Assembly: GCF_004010195.1 (NCBI RefSeq)
Contig: NW_025215313.1
Location: 49,618-91,000, forward strand
Length of the DNA: 41,383 nucleotides
Reading direction: 5' to 3'
From: Chiloscyllium plagiosum
Lineage: Eukaryota
Position numbers and translations under genes: made by a program. The notes beneath the pieces are model-generated. The model did no database searches. It worked only from the letters and a program-made list of their open reading frames with translations, and was not told the DNA's origin. This document shows, in pieces, positions 23,182 through 35,489 of this stretch; positions within the stretch are counted from its first letter, which is position 1; each line of letters begins with the position of its first letter.

Positions 23182-24016
23182 NNNNNNNNNNNNNNNNNNN
23201 NNNNNNNNNNNNNNNNNNNNNNNNNNNNNNNNNNNNNNNNNNNNNNNNNNNNNNNNNNNNNNNNNNNNNNNNNNNNNNNNNNNNNNNNNNNNNNNNNNNN
23301 NNNNNNNNNNNNNNNNNNNNNNNNNNNNNNNNNNNNNNNNNNNNNNNNNNNNNNNNNNNNNNNNNNNNNNNNNNNNNNNNNNNNNNNNNNNNNNNNNNNN
23401 NNNNNNNNNNNNNNNNNNNNNNNNNNNNNNNNNNNNNNNNNNNNNNNNNNNNNNNNNNNNNNNNNNNNNNNNNNNNNNNNNNNNNNNNNNNNNNNNNNNN
23501 NNNNNNNNNNNNNNNNNNNNNNNNNNNNNNNNNNNNNNNNNNNNNNNNNNNNNNNNNNNNNNNNNNNNNNNNNNNNNNNNNNNNNNNNNNNNNNNNNNNN
23601 NNNNNNNNNNNNNNNNNNNNNNNNNNNNNNNNNNNNNNNNNNNNNNNNNNNNNNNNNNNNNNNNNNNNNNNNNNNNNNNNNNNNNNNNNNNNNNNNNNNN
23701 NNNNNNNNNNNNNNNNNNNNNNNNNNNNNNNNNNNNNNNNNNNNNNNNNNNNNNNNNNNNNNNNNNNNNNNNNNNNNNNNNNNNNNNNNNNNNNNNNNNN
23801 NNNNNNNNNNNNNNNNNNNNNNNNNNNNNNNNNNNNNNNNNNNNNNNNNNNNNNNNNNNNNNNNNNNNNNNNNNNNNNNNNNNNNNNNNNNNNNNNNNNN
23901 NNNNNNNNNNNNNNNNNNNNNNNNNNNNNNNNNNNNNNNNNNNNNNNNNNNNNNNNNNNNNNNNNNNNNNNNNNNNNNNNNNNNNNNNNNNNNNNNNNNN
24001 NNNNNNNNNNNNNNNN
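23182..24016. other. Assembly gap (N run)
   Basis: 835 consecutive N, flanked on both sides by Penelope-like sequence. Confidence 1.
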
Positions 24017-24381
24017 TGACTACCTGGTCAGGTCCACGCCCCCCTACAACCCACCCTCCCATCCTGGCACTTTCCCCTGCCACCGCAGGAATTACAAAAC
24101 CTGCGCCCATGCCTCCTCCCTCACCTCCATCCAAGGCCCCAAAGGAGTCTTCCACATCCATCAAAGTTTTACCTGCACATCTACCAATATCATTTATTGT
24201 ATCCGTTGCTCCCGATGCAGTCTCCTCTACATTGGGAAGACTGGACGCCTCCTAGCAGCGCGCTTTAGGGAATATCTCTGGGACACCCGCACCAATCAAC
24301 CACACTGCCCTGTGGCCCAACATTTCAACTCCCCCTCCCACTCTGCCAAAGACATGGAGGTCCTGGGCCTCCTTCACCGCC
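24017..24381 (+). mobile_element. Penelope-like element GIY-YIG endonuclease fragment
   Basis: Manual translation PGTFPCHRRNYKTCAH...FTCTSTNIIYCIRCSRCSLLYIGKTGRLLAARFREYL...PVAQHFNSPSHS: IIY/YIG motifs, CxxC and a Cys-rich linker typical of PLE endonucleases. This frame is absent from the ORF track. Confidence 0.9.
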
Positions 24382-24524
24382 GTTGTCTCAGAAGACCTGT
24401 GTACATGTGGCAAAGATTTCTTCAAACCAGTACTCTAAATCCCTTGCAATAAAGCCTAACAAGCCATTGCCTCGTTAGTTACTGGTGATACCAACACGCT
24501 AACCTTCGGAGTTATTTGTATTGG

Positions 24525-25382
24525 TAGTGTGGCATCATAACTTGTCCCAAAATGAAGAGTGAAGAAAAGAATCACTAATGATACCCACGGCTGGCTGCAT
24601 CCCAGCGATTCCTATTGAAAAGTGCATTGCACAGATGAGATAAAGAGGCAGAGAGCTGTGTTTCTAAGTTTGCTGACAAAGCTAGGTGGAAATGTAATTT
24701 CTGGGAAGGACACAAACAGTTTCTTGGAATATAAATATTTACAAATTTCAAGTCTTTCTTCTGTTCTTACAACTGAAGTAAATAACTTCATACTTACCTA
24801 CATTGTACTCCATCTGGGATCTTGCTGTCCAAATAGCTTGTTTGTATCCCTTTACAGACTCTTTGGTTCTGTCCTTCAAGTTTCGTTTCCATCTAGTGTT
24901 GTCAGCAAACTTAGAGACATTACTGTCGGCGTCTTTGTCTAATCCATATAATGCACTTTTCAGTGGGAGTCACTGGCTTGCAACCAGTAGTGGGTACCAC
25001 TGGTGATTTTTCTTTGTTGGGCAGCATGTTGGCTCAGCAGTTAGCACAGCTGCCTTCCAGTGCCAGGGGCCCGGGTTCGTTTGCAGAATCGGGTGATACT
25101 CCATGTGAAGCTCGCATGTTCTTCCAGTTCTGTGTGGATTCCTCCAGGTGCTTCGGTTTCCTCCCACAGTCCAGAAATGTGCATGTTAGGTGAATTGGCC
25201 ATGGGATGTGCAGGCAAGGTCGATGAGGCATGGGATATGCAGGGTTATAGGGATGGGGTGAAGGGGGGTGATATCTGGGTGGGATGCTGTTCAGAGGGTC
25301 GGTGTGAACTGAATGGGCCAAATGGCCTGCTTCCACATTGTAGGGATTCTGTGATTCATTTGGAGACAATCTATGGTGTCTG
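24525..25382. repeat. Old inverted duplication (fold-back), right arm interrupted by a SINE
   Basis: About 24525-24735 matches the reverse complement of 24841-25015 plus 25355-25382 (TGAAAAGTGCATT, TCTAAGTTTGCTGACAA, TGTCYCMAAATGAA). Confidence 0.75.
25019..25357 (+). mobile_element. tRNA-derived SINE, HE1/V-SINE-like
   Basis: GGGCAGCATGTTGGCTCAGCAGTTAGC (A box), GGTTCGTTTGC (decayed B box), GGTTTCCTCCCACAGTCCAGAAATGTGCATGTTAGGTGAATTGGCCATG core, CR1-like tail. Confidence 0.85.
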
Positions 25383-26644
25383 TACTCTCTTAGATTAATG
25401 TTTTCATGATATACGTACTCCAGATTATAAAATCAAGAAGTAGGAGGATTGAAACCCATCATCCACAATGAAAGTGCAGAAAATGTGCATGTGCTTATTG
25501 ACCTAACCATCATTACACTGGCTGTTGAACTGAATGATAAATGGAACATATCAAGTAGCCATTATTATTGTATTGCAATAGATTGCATTCAGTCAGATTC
25601 TGTACCACTGTACATACAGTTCTGAGAAGTTACCTCGCAGGCCAAAACAATGTCAAATTATTTGCTAGAAACTAATCATTTTAAAACCTGAAATGACCTC
25701 AGTTTAATCTATTTCTAGATTGCAATCAGAGTTTGGTGGTGACACTGGCAGAACTTATTAATGAAATTAACATCAGAAGTATGCATGATGATGATTTAAT
25801 GGGGCTGTCAGAGTCACATGGTTAAGAGAAGCTGTAACTTTGCTATGTGAAGAGAATGTCTGTTTGTAGATCAAGCTGTAAATCGAGAACTGTTGCAGAA
25901 CATTTCATATACTCCAGTGCAATACTTTGGATGACTAAATGGATTTAGACCCCCAATGCACAACAAAACAGAGCTATTTATTGCAGTCATAAATTATACA
26001 TACTTATGTTGGTCTGAAGTTGTGATGCTGCCACAGTAAGAATAGAAAATTTCAGTGCACCTACAAGAGAAGTTTCCTCTTTGCACCAATTAGCTGATGT
26101 ATTTTGATTGGTTCCTTGTACATGTTGTAAAATAATTGATAAACTTTGTTAATTAATATGCCCAAACTTTGAAGCAATTACATTAACTTGTACAGTAAAA
26201 CCAGCATTTTGTGGGAATTTTAACCCCAGATCTGCTGATATTTCTCTGGGCATATACTGAGTAATGCATCAATTACGGTTTATTAAGAGTTGCCATGAAG
26301 TAATATTTCAAAGGTAGAGAACAAAGATATCTTTCATTTCTTTGTAACCAGTAATGACTAACTTACCAAAAACAAACTTGACAGTTCCCCAGAGAATCTC
26401 TACACATTTAACAGGCAATAAACACCTCACCCAGTGTTCAACAGCTTTACTCACATTTTGTAAAAACACTGACCTTGGATAATTACATATTTTTAGAAAA
26501 AACTTCAACACTTTGATGACAGCTTTCCTTTGCTTCCTGAACTATGATAACTTTCTTCTAAAAATCTCAGTACTAATTATTTCCCTGTACTGCAGTAAAA
26601 AGCTTTCTAAATTAATTTTTGAGTTTCATTTTTGTTTTCTGCAG

Positions 26645-26700
26645 GGATCTGAAGATTGAAAATCTTTTACTGGATGAAAAGAACAACATAAAATTAATAG
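26645..26700 (+). CDS. HUNK: HUNK coding exon 3 (catalytic loop)
   Basis: Pyrimidine tract and GCAG| acceptor; (R)DLKIENLLLDEKNNIKLI(D); donor G|GTACAG at 26701; 56 nt; completes HRDLKIEN in frame. Below the ORF-track length cutoff. Confidence 0.95.
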
Positions 26701-27534
26701 GTACAGTCTGTCAGCAAATATTCAGAGCCAGGAGGGTGTAGATCTTATTTTCTGTTTTATGTAGTAATTGTGTTTACTTAAAGGAAAAATTTAATGGTAA
26801 TATTGTCTTTTGAAATTACAAAGATTAAGAACAAAAATCAGAACATTGTTCTCAGAAAGGATGGAGGCGGAAATTGAAACTAGACTGTAATATTTGGGTG
26901 ATATTTGGGAGAAAAAGCGTAAGTGTGAGAAAAGTGATGAATGGACTAAAGTACTAAAACCAAGCAGAGGACAGGTCAGTCAGTATTTGACAAAGGAAAG
27001 GTACATTTGGCTAGGAAAATTGTCTTGAGATGAGGATCAGATATAAATTGTTACTCATTTCCCTCTTTCAACTTATTACCAATCAACTCTGTTTTTCTTA
27101 AATTGAGTTGTTAAACAGTAAACTGTGAAGCAAATATTCTGCTCAGGAAGATTGAGCAGTATTCTGAGATTTATGAATAGTGAATTGGGTGTAAATAGTC
27201 AAAGGTGAACTGTTGGTTATAGATATAATTTCTATCAACATATTCAACTACACTTGAAATGCCATTCATTGTGGGAGGGCAGTGACTTTGAATAAGCACA
27301 AATAGATTGTAGGTTAAAACAGAAATTGTGTTGAATATGGAATTTAACCACTCTTTAATTTTAGTAGTAAGATTCGAATAATTGTTGCTAATATGAGACT
27401 GTAAGTTGATAAGATTAAGAAAATGAAATATTTTATATGCATTTTATCTGCACATTTGCAAAAGTCTGAATATTATTCAGGAAATGAAAATTTTTCCATC
27501 ATAAATTATATTGTGTGACTGATTATGATTGTAA

Positions 27535-27714
<180 letters not shown>

Positions 27715-28069
27715 TAAGTGGTTTAACCATTTTTAAAATTGGATTTAAATGGTACTCATTCAATGAAAGCAAACATCTACAATGTTATTGCCTCAAAAAT
27801 ATTAGTTGAATAATATTTTAAAATATTGTATCTTTATTTTGATTAAGATTTGAACTCTTGTTTTGCGTTCAGTGCATTTGTGAGTCATTTTGAATATTAT
27901 GATTGCACTTAGTTTTCTGATGCATGGATAATTCCCAAATCATATTTTACAGTTAAAACTCTCCCAGCTCTTCCTAATGATTGAAATCTTCCTGTTACAG
28001 ACCTAAACCAATGTCAATGGCCAAATTGGAGTTTTTCTTTTTCTTTTAAACTAATAGCAAGGCCAGAGG

Positions 28070-28430
28070 ATAGTGGAGCATGAGTAGACCACACTACTCC
28101 TTGACTCTGCTCTGCCATTTAATATGGCTGACCTAGAGCTTTAACTACACATTCCTGCCCACTTCCCTTATCCCTTAATTCCATGAAAGACTAAAAATCT
28201 GTCCATCCCAGCCTTAAAAGTAATCGACAATAGGGTGTTCACAATTTTGAGAATTCCAAAGGTTTGCAATCCTTTGAATGAACAAAAGTTCTCCTCTTCT
28301 CAATCCTAAATGATTACCCTCTTATCCTACTTTCTAGACTCTCCTGCCCATGGAAACAACCTCTTGGTGCCTGCCTTGGCAAACCCCTTCAGAATCATTT
28401 ACACTTCAATGAAATCTCTCTTATTCTTTT
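28070..28430 (-). mobile_element. Decayed CR1 LINE 3' end
   Basis: CTCTGCCATTTAATATGGCTGACCT, AAAAATCTGTCCATCCCAGCCTTAAA, TCTAGACTCTCCTGCCCATGGAAACAACCTC: the same layout as 32206-32600. Confidence 0.75.
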
Positions 28431-28445
28431 TGTATGCTTTCTAAT

Positions 28446-28772
28446 CAGTCAGTTTAGAGATATTATCACACACCTCTGGAACAGGTAGGGTTTGAACCCA
28501 GGTCTCCAAGCTCAAAAAATAGGGACACTACTATTGCACCACAAGATCCCTTCTCTCTTAATTTTTTTTTCATTTTTACAATGTGATCAAGTGGTCAGTA
28601 TAACCCTCAATAAGAGAGGGAAAGTGATTGTGAGTGATTCTGATGCACAGAAAAGATATTTTTCTAGTCAACCTGTTCAATGATATTATTGCACACCTCT
28701 GCAGTAGGTGTGACTTGAACCCAGGGCTCCTGGTTCAGAGTACAGACATTACCACTGCACTTCAAGAGCCCC
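28446..28772 (-). mobile_element. Two copies of the short tRNA-head SINE (28446-28551 and 28666-28772)
   Basis: Both contain GATATTAT..CACACCTCTG...TTGAACCCAGG...TGCAC..CAAGA.CCCT (reverse-strand B box GGTTCAA); reverse-complement similar to 17297-17417. Confidence 0.7.
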
Positions 28773-29019
28773 TATTCTCTCCCATATATCCCAAAATTAA
28801 TAAGTCTGGGCTGTGTTTGTGTGGGTAGCTGTTGTTGCGAAGTGGTGGATTGGCAATGACTATGAGTTCACAATTGCAACATGGATCAGGGAAGATAGTG
28901 GTTTTTGATATATCAGAGATATGTTAGGGTGGTGGATGTGGTCAGGGAAGTGAAGGAAATAACAATTCTATCCAGTTTATGATCGTACATGTGCTAAAAA
29001 CTTGAATTTTGCTTTTCAG

Positions 29020-29147
29020 TGGTGTGAATGCTTATGCGATGCTGACTGGCACTTTGCCTTTCACAGTGGAGCCATTCAGCTTGAGAGCTTTGCATCAGAA
29101 AATGGTGGATAAAGATCTCAATCCCCTACCTCCTCATCTCTCATCAG
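29020..29147 (+). CDS. HUNK: HUNK coding exon 5
   Basis: TTTTCAG| acceptor; (I)GVNAYAMLTGTLPFTVEPFSLRALHQKMVDKDLNPLPPHLSS(G); donor G|GTAATA at 29148; 128 nt. Confidence 0.95.
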
Positions 29148-29756
29148 GTAATAACAGTTCAATGATTCTATTACTTAAGAGTTTATCTATTCAGATATTA
29201 AATACACAATGCTAAGAGATTTGTTATCGCAGAACTGTTCAAGCAAAATCTCAACAAGAAATCCAATTTCTTTTACTTCCACTATTTTGGTTTTAACGTA
29301 TATTCTTGATCCCAATGCAAATGTAATTTATTATTTGAAACTTCCTGCATTTGCTAATGCGTATCTTATCAAAATAGTGTATGCATTTATCAGATTAATT
29401 GTAATTCGTTCAAGTTGAGTTTTATTGGAGATATTTCTGGGAGTGATCTATTTAGGTAGTAAGGGTGAGCAGTCAACTTAACACCAGGCCCCTCTCTTGG
29501 GGTTTTTAAACTGGCATGGAGGGAAGGAGACTATATCAAGATTTCATAAGGCAAATCAAATAATAATAATCTGGAATAATGACCTTGCATTCGTTTATTT
29601 AAACATTACATGAGAAAATACAGCTGTTTTCTTCCCTGCCCTCTCCCTTCCTCACCCATGATCCTTTGCAGGGATATGCTATGCAGGCACCAGTGTCTGC
29701 TTCAGTGACCATTAAGCCTTGAATGTGTGTGTTGACGGCCAGCTTAATTGTGGTCC

Positions 29757-29890
29757 AGTTCTGAGGAAGGGTCACTGGACCTGAAATGTTAACTCTGATT
29801 TCTCTCCATAGATGGTGCCAGACCTGCTGAGCTTTGTCAGCAATTTCTGCTTTTGTTTCTGATTTTCAGCATCTGTACTTCTTTCATTTA
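29757..29890 (+). mobile_element. Solo Penelope-like pLTR with hammerhead-like core
   Basis: AGTT-CTGAGGA-AGGGTCACTGGACCT-GAAATGTT-AACT followed by CAGACCTGCTGAGCTTTGTCAGCAATTTCTG. It appears to sit within an older SINE-like repeat (about 29660-30140). Confidence 0.8.
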
Positions 29891-30724
29891 TAGTTGGATT
29901 GTAGCTCAGCTCAGTTTTATCTTTGCCTTATTTTCACACACACTTACTTTCAGATAGTGACCATGAGCAGACCACCTGATTGATTTTCTTCTCGGGAAGG
30001 GGTTGAGGCTAATTTTAGAACTCCCACCTACAGTGTGACCAGAGGTCAGGTAACTAAGCATAGACTAGAAATGAATTAGTCCCTTTAATAGTCTGAGTAA
30101 CTCAGCTTGTCACTAGATATGCTTGTTGAACCATTAGGGGAGCTGAAATGGTATTTTTAATCGGATTTTTAATCACTGATTGAGTCATGATTAAACTGTG
30201 CAATCTTTTTAATTTGTTCATGGGATACAGATATTGCAGGCAAGGCCAGCATTTATTGCACATCTTAATTGCCTCTGTGGAAGTGGTCAATAGCACAACA
30301 TTTGAGATTAATTATGGGCTAACCATAGTAGCAATTATGATAGCAATTATGCAACAGGCTGACGTGAATCAATTGAACAGCTTATAAAGAATAGGTATGT
30401 TGACTCTCTTTTGTTGACTGCTTTGAGCATGTTGTCTGAGGAACATAAGTACCACAGGTCAGAAGTTGAAACTCACTTGAATTGCAGTGACTTTCAGCAC
30501 ATGGAACTCCGATACCAAGTGCTTAACAATTCAAAATAATTTAATAACATCTGAGGGTGATGTAAGAGCAGCTTTTCCATGATAGATTGAATCCAGGCAC
30601 AAGTAAACACAAAAAAGAAACAGAACCTAGAGAAATCCTAGGAGTACTTTGGTTCAGCTGTGCGGGATTCCACTCACTTCCACTTTTTGAATGTTTTGGT
30701 CAAGAGTAGTCATGAACAGATAAT

Positions 30725-30836
30725 AACAATGACTGCAGATGCTGTAGATTAGTGGTGCTTGAAGAGCACAGCAGTTCAGGCAGCATCCGAGGAGCAGCAA
30801 AATCGACATTTCGGGCAAAAGCCCTTCATCAGGAAA
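30725..30836 (-). mobile_element. Solo Penelope-like pLTR with hammerhead motif
   Basis: Nearly identical to 23047-23136; reverse strand UUUC-CUGAUGA-AGGGCUUUUGCCC-GAAAUGUC-GAUU. Confidence 0.85.
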
Positions 30837-31189
30837 TGAACATTTCACTGAGGCCCACCATCTAAGCAGACTGATTATAAATTAGCTCTGTGAACATATT
30901 TTACTCCAGTTTGTTTTCCAACACATTTAGGGGTCTGATTTTAACTCTTGTGTAGCTGGATTGATCGGATTAAAATCACCATTAGTTTTTATCTCCTGAC
31001 CTCTCCTATAATTATGGCTGGAAAATATGGCTGTTTCTGGAGATCTGCACAATGTCCCAAACCTTTAAGCTAAACATTCTGGATTCGGGTCCCATCCAGG
31101 ACTGGATGACAAAGGAGATAGAAATGAAGTCAAAGAAGAAGAACTGAGCTTACGTCAGGTGTCAGGTAGTGAATGCAGTTGAAAAAATA

Positions 31190-32205
31190 AGCTAAATGCA
31201 GAGCTTCAGAAAGGACATGAAAAAGTGACTATGAAAAGCAAAGAGGGTTAACAAAAGAAAGAAGTCCAGATAACATAAGGAAAATCCCAACTCTTCTCAA
31301 AGAACACCAATAGTAAAAGGGTGTTAAAAGGCGATTAGGGCCATTAGAACCAGAAGGAGGATATGACATCAAGACATGAGGCAATAGCAGAGATGTTTAA
31401 TGAATAATCTGCATCTGTTTTTATCTATGAGGCAAATGCTGCCCAGGCCCTGATGACAAATGAGGAAAGTCGGTCAGAGTTTAAAATTGATAGAGAAGGG
31501 GTATTGGATGAGCTGTTCATATTTAAAAGTTGAGAAGGCACCAGGACTGGGTGAGTTGTATCCAAGGATATTGAAGAAAGAGGAAGTGGAAGTTGAAGAG
31601 GAATGGGCAATGGTCTTTCAATCTTTCTTAGACTCAAGGGTGGTATCATAGGAGTGGAGAATTACAAACACTACACCAAGTACCTTAAAGAGTTATTACT
31701 GACCAATCAGTTTAACTTGGGTGGTGTAAATCATCTTGAAGTAGTTGTTTAGGATAGGGTTAATAGCCACATGGAAAAATATTTATTGATTTTTGCACTT
31801 GATAAGTGGAAGTCATGCCAACAGTCTTCTGGAGCTCTTTGAATAAATTACAAAGAGAATTGATGAGGGTAAGGTTGGTGATGTGCACATTTATTTCCAG
31901 AAGGTGTTTGACACAATGCCACACATTAGACATGTTGGACAAATTCTAGCTCATGGAATAAAAAGGACAGTAGCAACTTGAATGAAAAAATAGCTGAGGG
32001 ATACGAAGCAGAGTATTAGAGTCATAGAACTGCACAGCATGAACTTTGGTCCAACTCATTCATGCCAACCAATGGATGGTAATTTTTTGGGTCGGAGTGG
32101 TTGTGTAGTTGAGGGGTTTGTACTGGGTCTCTTCCTTTTCTTGATTTACCTAAGTGAGCTAAATCTTAGTGTGAAGGGAACAGTCCCTAAGTTTGTGAAT
32201 GGCAC
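31190..32205 (+). mobile_element. Old CR1 LINE ORF2 (tether and RT), with a small nested antisense LINE tail at about 32018-32070
   Basis: KVEKAPGLGELYPRILK, ACTGACCAATCAGTTTAAC, TTCCAGAAGGTGTTTGACACAATGCCACA, AAGTTTGTGAATGGCAC. Confidence 0.8.
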
Positions 32206-34220
32206 ATAAGACCATAAGACATAGGAGTGGAAGTAAGGCCATTCGGCCCATCGAGTCCACTCCACCATTCAATCATGGCTGATGGGCATTTCAACTCCAC
32301 TTACCCGCATTCTCCCCGTAGCCCTTAATTCCTTGTGATATCAAGAATTTATCAATTTCTGCCTTGAAGACATTTAGCATCCCAGCCTCCACTGCACTCT
32401 GCGGCGATGAATTCCATAGGCCCACCACTCTCTGGCTGAAGAAATGTCTCCGCATTTCTGTTCTGAATTTACCCCCTCTAATTCAAAGGATGTGTCCACG
32501 GGTCCTAGTCTCCTCGCCTAACGGAAACAATTTCCTAGCGTCCACCCTTTCCAAGCCATGTATTATCTTGTAAGTTTCTATTAGATCTCCCCTTAATCTT
32601 CTAAACTCCAATGAATACAATCCCAGGATCCTCAGCGGTTCCTCATATTTTAGACCGACTATTCTAGGGATCATCCGTGTGAATCTCCGCTGGACATGCT
32701 CCAGTGCCAGTATGTCCTTCCTGAGGTGTGGGGACCAAAACTGGACCCAGTACTCCAAATGGGGCCTAACCAGAGCTTTATAAAGTGTCATTAGCACAAC
32801 GGTGCTTTTATATTCCAACCCTCTTGAGATAATTGACAACATTGCATTCGCTTTAGTAATCACGGACTCAACCTGCATGTTTACCTTTAGAGAATCCTCA
32901 ACTAGCACTCCCAGATCCCTTTGTACTTTGGCTTTATGAATTTTCTGACCGTTTAAAAAGTATTCCATGCTTGTATTCTTTTTTCCATTGCTCACATTTC
33001 TCACATTGAATTCCATCAGCCATTTCCTGGACCACTCTTCCAAACTGTCTAGATCCTTCTGTAGCCTCCCCACTTCCTCAGTACTACCTGCCTGTCCACC
33101 TAACTTCGTATCATCGGCAAACTTCGCTAGAATGCTCCCAGTCCCTTCATCCAGATCATTAATATATAATGTGAACAGCTGCGGCCCCAACACTAAACCC
33201 TGCGGGACAACGCTTATCACCGGCTGCCATTCCAAAAAAGAACCTTTTATCCCAACTGTCTGCCTTCTGTCAGACAGCCAATCCTCAATCCATACCAGTA
33301 GCTCACCTCGAACACCATGAGCCCTCACCTTATCAAAGGCCTTTTGGAAGTCTAGGTAGATAACATCCACTGGGTTTCCCTAGTCTAACCTACTTGTCAC
33401 CTCTTCAAAGAACTCCAACAGGTTTGTCAGGCACGACCTCCCCTTACTAAATCCATGTTGACTTGTTCTAATCCGACCCTGCTCTTCCAAGAATTTAGAA
33501 ACCTCATCCTTAATGATGGATTCTAGAATTTTACCAACAACCGAGGTTAGGCTAATTGGCCTATAATTTTCCATCTTTTGCCTTGATCCTTTCTTGAACA
33601 AGGGGGTTACAACAGCGATCTTCCAATCATCCGGGACTTTCCCTGACTCCAGTGACTTTTGAAAGATCTCAACCAACGCCTCCGTTATTTCCTCAGCTGC
33701 CTCCCTCAGAACTCTAGGATGTAGCCCATCGGGGCCAGGAGATTTATCAATTTTAAGACCTTTTAGCTTTTCTCTTTTGTAATGGCAACCATACTCAACT
33801 CAGCCCCCTGATTCCCTTTAATTGTTGGGATATGACTCATGTCTTCCACTGTGAAGACTGATGCAAAGTACTTATTAAGTTCTCCTGCTATTTCCTTATC
33901 TCCCATCACTAGCTTCCAGCATCAGTTTGAAGTGGCCCAATGTCTACTTTTGCCTGTCGCTTGTTTCTTATGTATTGAAAGAAACTTTTACTATCATTTC
34001 TAATATTACTGGCTAGCCTACCTTCATATTTGATCCTCTCCTTCCTTATTTCTCTCTTTGTTATCCTCTGTTTGTTTTTGTAGCCTTCCCAATCTTCTGA
34101 TTTCCCAGTGCTCTTGGCCACTTTATAGGATCTCTCTTTTTCTTTGATACATTTCCTGACTTCCCTCCCCGGATAATCTTTCTTTTCTTGGGGATGAACC
34201 CCTGTACTGTGTCCTCAATT
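32206..34220 (-). mobile_element. Relatively young CR1 LINE (about 2 kb of ORF2 plus 3' UTR), disabled
   Basis: ORFs 33909-34121, 33380-33676 (ENYRPISLTSVVGK, QHGFSKGRSCLTNL) and 32483-33370 (YLDFQKAFDKV, VPQGLVLGPQLF, KFADDTK); (CTTATGGT)n-type tail at 32206-32225. Confidence 0.95.
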
Positions 34221-34679
34221 AAGAAGGTTTTCCCTCTATGAGTGCAGTAATGAAGTGATATTGGAAAAGCAACACCAAAACTGAAAGGTCACAATGACAG
34301 AGTCGGGAAATGGATTCAACTGGATTTTATCAAGTTAGAGGTTAACATGTGAAAAAAGGTGTCAGATCGTTATCAGAACCCCAAGTGACGTCCTTCAGAG
34401 ATGGAACTCTGCCTAATATAGCTCAGACACTAATTGCGAGAACACTTGCAAACGGATATGGATTTTTTTTAAATGAAGCTAAACCATGAAAGACAATAAC
34501 TCCTTAGTGCATTATTCGTAGCAACACCCCATCCAATCACAGTTGACCTGCCAGCCAACCCATCAATATCTTTTTCTCACACAGTACAAATTGTTGCTCC
34601 ATTTGAAATGTTTTGTCTGTCCCTGATCAGTTCAAGGCAGAAGAAGAAGTTCCAACAATGTCCTGTTTCTTTCAGCCAT

Positions 34680-34995
34680 ACAGATATAAATAGGTTAAGG
34701 GAGTGGGCAAAAATTTGGCAGATGGAGTATAATGCGGGAGAATGTTAAAATGTCGATTTTGGCAGCAAGACTAGAAAAGAAGTAAACCATTTAAATAGAA
34801 AGGTTACTGAACTTTTAGGGCTGCGAGGGTTTGGATCTCCTCATGTACAATTCATCTAAACCTCTGTTGTACTCCCTCTATCGTTAGAACATCCTTCCTC
34901 TGGGAGGAAGACCAAAACCACACACAACACTCCAGCTCTGGCCTCACCTTGAACCTGCACAATTTGCAGCAAGACATCCCTGCTCCTGTACTCAG
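34680..34995. mobile_element. Two abutting CR1 fragments in opposite orientation (+ 34680-34855; - 34856-34995)
   Basis: + strand: GAGTGGGCAAAAATTTGGCAGATGGAGTATAATG (EWAKIWQMEYN). - strand: EYRSRDVLLQ ... GGTGAGGCCAGAGCTGGAGTG ... AGGAAGGATGTTCT. Confidence 0.75.
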
Positions 34996-35366
34996 GAAAG
35001 AATTCCAGAAGTTTGTTCCTGTAACACTGAAGAAATGATGATATACTCCCAGACACAGCCTGTTGTGTGGCGGCTGGTGGTGTTCTATCCTGCACTATCT
35101 AGCGCCTTCCAGCCCAACATTAAAAAGTAATATGGCATTATATACAATTTTGTTAAACCTGGCATGGAAGAATTCACCCAAAAAAAATGAAGCCATTTCC
35201 AGAAACAGGAACTTGCACCAATGCAACATTACTCCCCAAGGCAGATTGATAGTAAAAGCAGGCGATTTGTCTACACTTAAAACTGCTGACCCAATCTCTC
35301 AGGGGACTTGTTTTGAAACATCAGGTTCCAAGAAGCTTATAAACCAAACACTGAAACTGGACTCAC

Positions 35367-35489
35367 CTCCCCAAATGCACCTCTTCCTATAACCTTCAGA
35401 GATTCAAAGTCATCCAGACCCAACCTCGTCCTCTTGAGGCGAAGAAATTCTGTTTCTTTCTGAGCGTGTTGTGTTCTTCGCATTTGTTT
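35367..35489 (-). CDS. STK38L: Isolated NDR-family kinase exon (STK38L/NDR2-like; end of MOB-binding N-terminal region plus Gly-rich loop)
   Basis: Reverse strand [73 protein letters not shown]; 123 nt, phase 0-0, no stop. LGLDDFES favours STK38L over STK38 (LGLEDFES). Whether it is functional here is unknown. Confidence 0.85.

Noticed and set aside
23130..24255. Long ORFs spanning the first N run
   Set aside because: Artefacts of translating through the gap; the real coding frame is the GIY-YIG fragment.
34560..34680. A further hammerhead-type repeat end (CCTGATCAG...GAAG)
   Set aside because: Core too degenerate (no CUGANGA/GAAA pair with helices) to support a call.
35460..35462. HAQKETE instead of vertebrate HARKETE as a sign of pseudogene decay
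   Set aside because: As I recall, Q occurs at this position in other NDR/LATS-family kinases (QKES in LATS), so it is uninformative about function.
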